Shown: positions 58,363 to 64,000 of the stretch, piece after piece
How positions within the stretch are numbered: the stretch's first letter is position 1
Layout of the letters: each line of letters begins with the position of its first letter
Origin: an uncultured Chloroflexia bacterium
GTDB lineage: Bacteria; Chloroflexota; Limnocylindria; Limnocylindrales; CSP1-4
Assembly: GCA_963700245.1 (NCBI GenBank)
Contig: CAVOWV010000001.1
Coordinates: 5,666-69,665, forward strand
Direction: 5' to 3'
Length of the DNA stretch: 64,000 nucleotides
Notes under the pieces: generated by a model
Database searches by the model: none
The model's input: the letters and a program-made list of their open reading frames with translations, nothing else
Told to the model about the DNA's origin: nothing
Made by a program: the position numbers and the translations under genes

Positions 58363-59700
58363 ATGGCACACGGGACGGCGATCGAGGAACCGCGACACGG
58401 AGAGGGCGGACGCATGCGCGCCTACCTGGGCGGGACGTACGGCGCGCTCCTGGTCCAGCGCGCGGAGCGCCGCCCGGAGCTGTGGGGGTTTGTCCTCATG
58501 AGCGTCCTCGGGGCGGCCGTGTTCCTCCTGACCGCCGAGAGCGAGCCACAGGCCCTCGACTACTTCAGCCGTCTCGCCGATGCCTTCCTCCAAGGCCGCT
58601 ACTGGCTCGATGAGGCACCGTCCTGGCTCAACGAGCTGATCCCGGCCGGCGACGGCCGCTGGTACGTCCCCTACCCGCCGATGCCAGCGATCCTGGCGCT
58701 CCCCTTCGTGGCCGTGTTCGGGCGCGAGTTCCCGGCCCAGACGTACAGCGCGCTCTACGGCGGCCTCGCCGTCGGCCTCGTCTACCTCGTCCTCGGACGG
58801 CTCGGCCTGGCGCTCCGGGTGCGCGATCGGCTGGCACTGACCGCCGTCTTCGCGTTCGGGACCTGCTTCTGGTTCATTGCGATCGGAGGCTCGGCCTGGT
58901 ACTTCGCCCACGTGGCCGCCGTGCTGCTCCTGGCGGCGTCCGTGCTGTGCGCGCTCACGAAGCGGCCGGCGTGGGTGCGGGACTGCTGCTCGGGCTGGCG
59001 GCGCTGGCGCGCCTGCCGGTAGGCCTCGCGCTCCCGTTCGTGCTCGCGGCCCAGCTGGGCTTCCCGGGGCTCGCGGCGCTTCGCGCGGTTGACCGTGGAG
59101 CGCTCGTCCGAACCATCGTCGTGTTCGGGCTCGGGCTCGCTGGCCGGCCCTGAGGGGGCATCGTACCTCGCCTACGTCGCGTTCAACCTCGCCCGCTGGG
59201 GCACGATCCTCGACCAGTCGTACGTCGCCATCCCGGGCGTGCTCGAGGACCCCATCTACGCGAAGCACGGGATCCTCTCGCCCTGGTACATCCCGCGCAA
59301 CGTGTTCGCGATCCTGTTCCGCAGCTGGAACTACGTGGACGACGCACCGTGGCTGCAGCCATCGTGGTGGGGGCCTCGGCATCTTCCTCACGACACCGCT
59401 CTACCTGTGGCTGCTCAAGGCACGCCCGCGGACGCCGATGGTGGCCTGGGCGCTGCTCGCGACCGCCATCGTGTCGATCCCGATCATCACCCACGGCAAC
59501 GTCGGGATCACGCAGTTCGGCTACCGGTTCAGCCTGGACTTCCAGCTGCTGCTGTTCGTGATCCTCGCGACCGTCGTCGCCCGCGGCTGGACCAGGCTGA
59601 TGGCCGCGGCGGCCGTCGCCTCGATCATCATCTGCGCCTACGCCGTGTGGGCGATCTCGATCGACTTCGGCGTTGGCGGTGACAGGAGGCCGCGTCCGGC
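58363..59700 (+). pseudogene. GT-C-type membrane glycosyltransferase-like protein (ArnT/PMT_2-like). At least three frameshifts, one in the GGGGG run 59369-59373.
   Basis: The protein can be followed through four frames. The pieces are LWGFVLMSVLGAAVFLLTAE...YPPMPAILALPFVAVFG...FGTCFWFIAIGGSAWYFAHVAAVLLLAASVL, then VGAGLLLGLAALARLP, then AYVAFNLARWGTILDQSY...WLQPSWWG, and finally GLGIFLTTPLYLWLLKARPRTPMVAWALLATAIV...VWAISIDF. Confidence 0.6.
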
Positions 59701-59719
59701 TAAGGCGTCGAGGGCGACG

Positions 59720-60510
59720 CCCGGCCAGCGTACGCGGCGGACGGCATCGGGGCGCTGGGCGTCGGTCTGGTGCCCGGTCCGCGTACACGCTGCGCATGCT
59801 GGCGGACGTGGGCTTCTGGGACACGGCCGTGTTCCAAGGGGCCGCACCGGTCTGGGCCTAACGCATCCAACGGGCTACCCCACATACCTGCCGCTCGGCT
59901 GGCTGTGGACGCACTATGCGATGACGCGAACCCGGAAACACGATGAACCTGCTCGCCGCGGTCACGGGGGCGGGCGCAGTCGCGATGGCGATCTCTGGGC
60001 GCGGATCGTGCGGGAATGGCTGCCGCAGCGAGCTGCGGCGCTGGCCGGCGGCCTGAGCTCGCGATCTGGCGGACGGCGACCCGAGCAGACCCGCATCCGC
60101 TGCACGTGCTGATGGCCTGGCGATCATGCTGGTGCTCGCCTGACCGGCGCAGGGACTGGCGCCCCCTGGTCTGGCCGCCTGCTTCGGCCTGGCGATGGGC
60201 AACCACCTGCTGACAAGCATGTTGGCGCCCGGCATCGCGGTGTTCGTGTTCACCCGGCGGCCGGCCATACTGCGCCGGCCAGCGGTCGTGCTTGCCGCTG
60301 CCGGGTGCGTCGCGCTGGGACTCCTGGTCTACGCCTACGTCCCGACCCGCGCCGCCGCCAACCCGCCCATCCACCACGATTTCGCCCCCACGACGCCGGA
60401 GCTGATCCTGCGCTACGTCCTAGGTCAGGACTTCTCGGGCTCCATGGGCTTCCTCAGCGCCCGAGGGCCCGGGGCCACCGCCCGCGAGCTGCGCAGGTTC
60501 GCGGCGCAGT
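59720..60510 (+). pseudogene. DUF2723-like membrane glycosyltransferase fragment. At least four frameshifts, and 3'-truncated.
   Basis: Pieces in three frames: AYTLRMLADVGFWDTAVFQGAAPVW, GLTHPTGYPTYLPLGWLWTHYA, NLLAAVTGAGAVAMAI and FGLAMGNHLLTSMLAPGIAVFVF...YAYVPTRAAANPPIHHDFAPTTPELILRYVLGQDFSG. From memory this matches the DUF2723 N-terminal pattern (HPPGYP, GNH, RxQY). No continuation is visible after about 60510. Confidence 0.45.
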
Positions 60511-61191
60511 GGGCGAGTCGATGCCGCCCCGGTAGCGGCGCGAACAGGAACTGCGCCGCGGGCGCGATGGCTGATGAACAGGACCGTTGGCTGCGCGACC
60601 TCCTGGTCGAAGTCGCGCTTCACCGCTGTACAGGCCGGTCACGACCGCAACGTAGGCCGAGCGGACACGATCAACCCGGTGGCGATCATGGCATCCCTAG
60701 CGGCGCTCGGGGCGACGACCACTGAGCGCCTATCAGGCCCACGCAGGACGCGAGCCGGCGCAGTTCACGTCGAGCGCCTCGCCGGCACAACGTAGCGCGT
60801 ACGGTCGCCGCCTTAGCGATGTACCGGCAGGCTCCCAGCGCTGCCAAACCCCCGCGAGCCGGAATTCGAACCCCGAGTCGCGCGAGCGGTGGGTCGTGGA
60901 CACAGCCACGCCTCGAGACAACGCGGCGTCATCTCGAAGTGGAGCATGCCACACCGCTGTGGTACATGCAGGCCGTCGAAGGCGGCGGCCCGACATCACC
61001 GTCGACCGGTCCGGCATCCGAGGCGGCCGGCCGGATCGTCAGCGTGCCGGCCCAGCACGAACAGTGCGAGCAGCCCGAGACCGACGCGCATGAGCACGAA
61101 GAGCCAGAGCGCCTCGCCGAGACCCTCGGGCAGGTCAGGGAGCCGGAGGCGCCGCGACCTGCGCAGGTCCCGGGCTGCCGTCGGTGGTCAT
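60500..61191 (-). pseudogene. membrane mannosyltransferase-like (PIG-V/GT-C-like) fragment. At least four frameshifts, and 3'-truncated.
   Basis: Own three-frame reading from ATG 61191 gives several pieces. These are MTTDGSPGPAQVAAPPAP, LPEGLGEALWLFVLMRVGLGLLALFVLG, VWQRWE, YIAKAA, MIATGLIVSA and AYVAVVTGLY. They are followed by KRDFDQEVAQPTVLFI and IAPAAQFLFAP. The family assignment is from memory only. Confidence 0.3.
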
Positions 61192-61306
61192 CGGGCGGGA
61201 GTGTAGCGCTCGCTGCTTGCCCGAAGCTCATGCGGGCGACCGCTCGAGCGCGACCGGAATCGACATCGCCCGAACCGAGCGGTCCGGGCGAGCGGGGGTG
61301 TGGGAT

Positions 61307-61327
61307 GCGCGGGCACGCGGCCCGCGC
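61307..61327 (-). terminator. GC-rich hairpin (8-bp perfect stem GCGCGGGC/GCCCGCGC, 5-nt loop) immediately after the rplI stop; candidate terminator without a U-tract
   Basis: The inverted repeat is read directly. It lies 5 nt downstream of the rplI stop on the minus strand. Confidence 0.4.
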
Positions 61328-61331
61328 GAGG

Positions 61332-61778
61332 TCAGCCCTTGGGCTCGACGACGATCGTGACCTCGGACGTCATGCCCGAGTAGACCTTGATCGCGACCTT
61401 GTACGTGCCGAGCGACTTGATCGGCTGATCGAGGTCGATCTTGTGCTTGTCAACCACGATGCCGCGCCGGCCGAGGGCCTCCGCGATGTCCTGGTTGTTG
61501 ATGGAGCCGTAGAGCTTGCCGCCCTCGCCGACCTTCACGCCCATGGTCAGCGTCGTGCTGCTGATCCGGGTCGCGGCGATCTCCGCGTCGGCGCGCTCGC
61601 GCTGGCGCTTCTCCTCGCGGCTCGCGATGTCGTGCTGGTACGCGCGATAGGCGCCACCGGAAGCCGACACGGCGAGCTTCTGCGGGATGAGGAAGTTCTG
61701 GGCGTAACCGTCCGCAACCGTCTTCATCTCGCCGGCCTTGCCGAGCTTCGCGACGTCCTTCGTCAGGATCACCTTCAC
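61332..61778 (-). CDS. rplI: 50S ribosomal protein L9
   Basis: ORF 61332..61778(-). [36 protein letters not shown] is the L9 N-terminal signature. Confidence 0.93.
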   Translation of the reverse strand: MKVILTKDVAKLGKAGEMKTVADGYAQNFLIPQKLAVSASGGAYRAYQHDIASREEKRQRERADAEIAATRISSTTLTMGVKVGEGGKLYGSINNQDIAEALGRRGIVVDKHKIDLDQPIKSLGTYKVAIKVYSGMTSEVTIVVEPKG

Positions 61779-61792
61779 GCGTTCGAACCCTC

Positions 61793-62317
61793 CTAGTTGT
61801 TGATCCAGGATCGGACCTTCGGCCCGACCCCGCTGCTGCGCAGCGTCTCGCCGGCGAGCGCCAGCATGTCCGGCGCCCGGCGAATGATGCGCCTCAACAC
61901 GCCCGGCGTGAAGCGCCGGATTCGCGCGACGTCGTCGCGGAACGCCCGCGGGTCGATGCCCAGCTCGCCGAGCTTCTCGTCCAGGACCTCCGCGGGGACC
62001 CCATCGAGGAACACGTCGACGGCCAGGACCACGACCACGAGGTCGTCCAGGCCACCGATGACCGGGAAGTCATCGGGGACCAGGTCCCGCCCGAGCACGA
62101 GGTACCCCAGGGCCCCGGCCAGGATCGCCTTCCGCCCGCCGGGCGTCCGGTCGTCACGGACCAGCTCCCAGATCAGGCGCCCGTACAACGGCGCACGGCT
62201 TGCCAGGGGCAGGAGCACGGCCAGGCCGAGCAGCCGCCGGAGGCCGATCCGCTGCTTGCGGCGACCCTCGACCGATGCCGTCCCGTCCTCGCGGCCCTTC
62301 CGCGATCCTCGAGCCAC
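61793..62317 (-). CDS. DUF1232 (YkvA-like) membrane protein
   Basis: ORF 61793..62437(-), with likely start GTG 62317. The segment [38 protein letters not shown] matches the DUF1232 pattern (from memory). Confidence 0.7.
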   Translation of the reverse strand: MARGSRKGREDGTASVEGRRKQRIGLRRLLGLAVLLPLASRAPLYGRLIWELVRDDRTPGGRKAILAGALGYLVLGRDLVPDDFPVIGGLDDLVVVVLAVDVFLDGVPAEVLDEKLGELGIDPRAFRDDVARIRRFTPGVLRRIIRRAPDMLALAGETLRSSGVGPKVRSWINN

Positions 62318-62835
62318 GTTGCTCCTCACGTCGATCCCGAGGTCCGCTCTCGGAACCCGGGGAGGGCGATGGTAGCACCGGCCCTTTCCTTGATCGTCCC
62401 GGGGTCCTGGCGCGGGGCACCTTGTGTCCCGTCCCACAGATCCATGAACGGTTCAGGCGCGAACCCGGCGAGCGTGGACCGGTGACAGGAACCCGGTTCC
62501 GGGGACCGACCTGTGCGGCGGAGAGCCCGATCCGATGCACCGGCGGATCACTGCCCCTTCCCCACTGGGTCGAAGGCCACGACGAGGCCCCACCCCGTGA
62601 GCGACCTGCGGATCGGGACCGCCTGGGTGCGTGCGCGGCACGCATGGATTCCGGTCTGTCACGCCACCAACCTGCACCCCGCGCACGCTGCGTGCGGTCT
62701 CCAAGCCAGTTGAGCCGCCCATTCACCGGATTCCGGTCGAAGTCTTGCCTGCCGTGCACGCAGACAGCATCGGCGGGCCGATTGCTTGCGTCTCGCGCGG
62801 CGCCGCACCGCCACGGACACGGTCTCGAAACCGGC

Positions 62836-62863
62836 TTGACATCGAACGTCCGTTCGGTATGAT
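62836..62863 (+). promoter_or_regulatory. lexA promoter TTGACA-N16-TATGAT with a LexA box (CGAACGTCCGTTCG, 62843-62856) in the spacer
   Basis: Read directly: TTGACAtCGAACGTCCGTTCGgTATGAT. AAGGAG lies 6 nt upstream of GTG 62888. Confidence 0.85.
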
Positions 62864-62887
62864 CACAGCAACCACAAGGAGACGCCC

Positions 62888-63538
62888 GTGACCCGTCACG
62901 ACGCGGAACGCAAGCGGAAGATCATGGACGTGATCGCAGCGACGATCCGCGCGCGCGGCTATCCCCCGTCCGTGCGTGAGATCGCGAAGGCAGTCGGCCT
63001 CGCGTCCACGTCGGCGGTGCACCACCACCTCCAGGTCCTCGAGAAGGAGGGCTACCTGGAGCGGGGGGCGGCCCAGTCGCGGGCCATCCGCCTCACGCCC
63101 ACGGCGGCGCTGATGCTGGGCCTGGGTCCGGAGCTCGTGCCCCAGTCGATGGCCAGCGAGGCTCACGCCCTGCCGATCATCGGGGAGATCGCGGCCGGCG
63201 GTCCCATCGAGGCCTACCAGGACGTGTCGGAGACGCTCGCCGTCCCGGACATCCTCGCGCCGGCCGGTGAGGCCTACGTGTTGCGCGTGCGTGGGGACTC
63301 GATGATCGAGGCCCACATCGCGGACGGGGACTTCGTCGTCATCCGCCAGCAGGACACCGCCCGGGACGGAGACATCGTCGTCGCCCAGGTGGAGGAGAAC
63401 GCCGTCACGCTGAAGCGCTTCTTCCGCGAGAAGGACCGGATCCGCCTCCAGCCCGCCAATCCCAACTACCCGCCCCAGTTCTATCCGTCGGTGCGGATCC
63501 AGGGAAGGCTCATCGGGGTCATCCGGAGGCTGGACTGA
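62888..63538 (+). CDS. lexA: LexA repressor
   Basis: ORF 62888..63538(+). The winged HTH is PSVREIAKAVGLASTSAVHHHLQVLEKEGYL. The cleavage site is EIAAGGP, and the catalytic residues lie in VRGDSM and LKRF. Confidence 0.95.
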   Translation: MTRHDAERKRKIMDVIAATIRARGYPPSVREIAKAVGLASTSAVHHHLQVLEKEGYLERGAAQSRAIRLTPTAALMLGLGPELVPQSMASEAHALPIIGEIAAGGPIEAYQDVSETLAVPDILAPAGEAYVLRVRGDSMIEAHIADGDFVVIRQQDTARDGDIVVAQVEENAVTLKRFFREKDRIRLQPANPNYPPQFYPSVRIQGRLIGVIRRLD

Positions 63539-63551
63539 GGGTTCGTCCACA

Positions 63552-63586
63552 CGTCGTCCACAATCCGGGCAAGTCCGTGGACGACG
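63552..63586 (+). terminator. 10-bp inverted repeat (CGTCGTCCAC ... GTGGACGACG, 15-nt loop) after lexA; candidate terminator or attenuator ahead of dnaB
   Basis: Read directly. It begins 14 nt after the lexA stop and has no U-tract. Confidence 0.35.
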
Positions 63587-63678
63587 CGGGGCATGCGTGC
63601 CCACCTTCGTGGATGCCGCACCGCGGCTGCCCGGCGACTATCTGATCCTCTCCCCGTCGCCCGGAGTTCGCGCGCGTC

Positions 63679-64000
63679 GTGATCGATCGCCTGCCCCCGC
63701 AATCCATCGAAGCCGAGCAGTCCGTTCTCGGGTCGATCCTCATCGACCGGGACGCGGTCATGGAGGTCGCCGACTTCCTCAAGCCGGAGGACTTCTACCG
63801 CCAGGCGCACGGCCGCATCTATGCCGTGATCATCGAGCTGTCCGAGCGGCGCGAGCCCGTGGACGTGGTGACGGTCGCGGAGGCGCTGGAGCGGACCGGT
63901 GATCTCGAGGCCATCGGCGGGCGAGCCTACCTCGGCACGCTATCGAACCAGACACCCACGGCGGTCCATGCCGCGCAGTACGCCCGGATCGTGGAGCGCA
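63679..64000 (+). CDS. dnaB: replicative DNA helicase DnaB, N-terminal part (runs off the window end)
   Basis: Own translation from GTG 63679 gives VIDRLPPQSIEAEQSVLGSILIDRDAVMEVADFLKPEDFYRQAHGRIYAVIIELSERREPVDVVTVAEALERTGDLEAIGG. It is not in the ORF track because it is open-ended. Confidence 0.9.
   Translation, partial: MIDRLPPQSIEAEQSVLGSILIDRDAVMEVADFLKPEDFYRQAHGRIYAVIIELSERREPVDVVTVAEALERTGDLEAIGGRAYLGTLSNQTPTAVHAAQYARIVER

Noticed and set aside
60861-60872. GGAATTCGAACC (minus strand GGTTCGAATTCC), a tRNA T-loop-like motif that might mark a tRNA, tmRNA or an integration site
   Set aside because: The flanks do not form a T-stem, acceptor stem, D-arm or 7-nt anticodon loop. There is no CCA or integrase nearby. 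The bases fit inside a coding remnant (…DSGFEF…) of the mannosyltransferase-like fragment.

Overview
High-GC (~70%) chromosomal window of a Gram-positive-type bacterium. It looks Actinomycetota- or Chloroflexota-like, but the taxon cannot be fixed from sequence alone. I can support about 60 protein genes and one tRNA-Glu. I found no rRNA, CRISPR array, integrase or transposase.

Content in order:
- folP-folC, preceded by a Pro-rich/Cys-domain ORF
- an Ig-like membrane protein, a zinc-ribbon protein and a PASTA Ser/Thr kinase
- galU
- a maltodextrin locus: two GH13 enzymes, a MalEFG-type ABC transporter and a LacI regulator with palindromic candidate operators
- a FAH-family gene followed by tdh-kbl
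- two ECF sigma/anti-sigma pairs
- argS
- a complete tetrahydrofolate-dependent histidine-utilisation gene set spread over about 18 kb: hutH, hutU, hutI, glutamate formimidoyltransferase, cyclodeaminase, folD, fhs
- tandem DedA genes
- dinB
- three decayed membrane glycosyltransferase-like genes
- rplI, lexA and the 5' part of dnaB

Best candidate for something new: an 89-aa orphan ORF downstream of dinB (56338-56607, minus strand). It has its own TTGACA-type promoter with two perfect CGAAC-N4-GTTCG LexA boxes. This is the same architecture as the lexA promoter 6 kb away. I propose an uncharacterised SOS-induced factor, either a translesion-synthesis accessory protein or a division inhibitor.

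Major caveat: at least 30 reading-frame breaks interrupt otherwise recognisable genes. Where I could resolve them, most sit in G/C homopolymer runs. They may therefore be assembly errors rather than biology. Any 'split', 'fused' or 'pseudogene' call here needs confirmation with high-accuracy reads.
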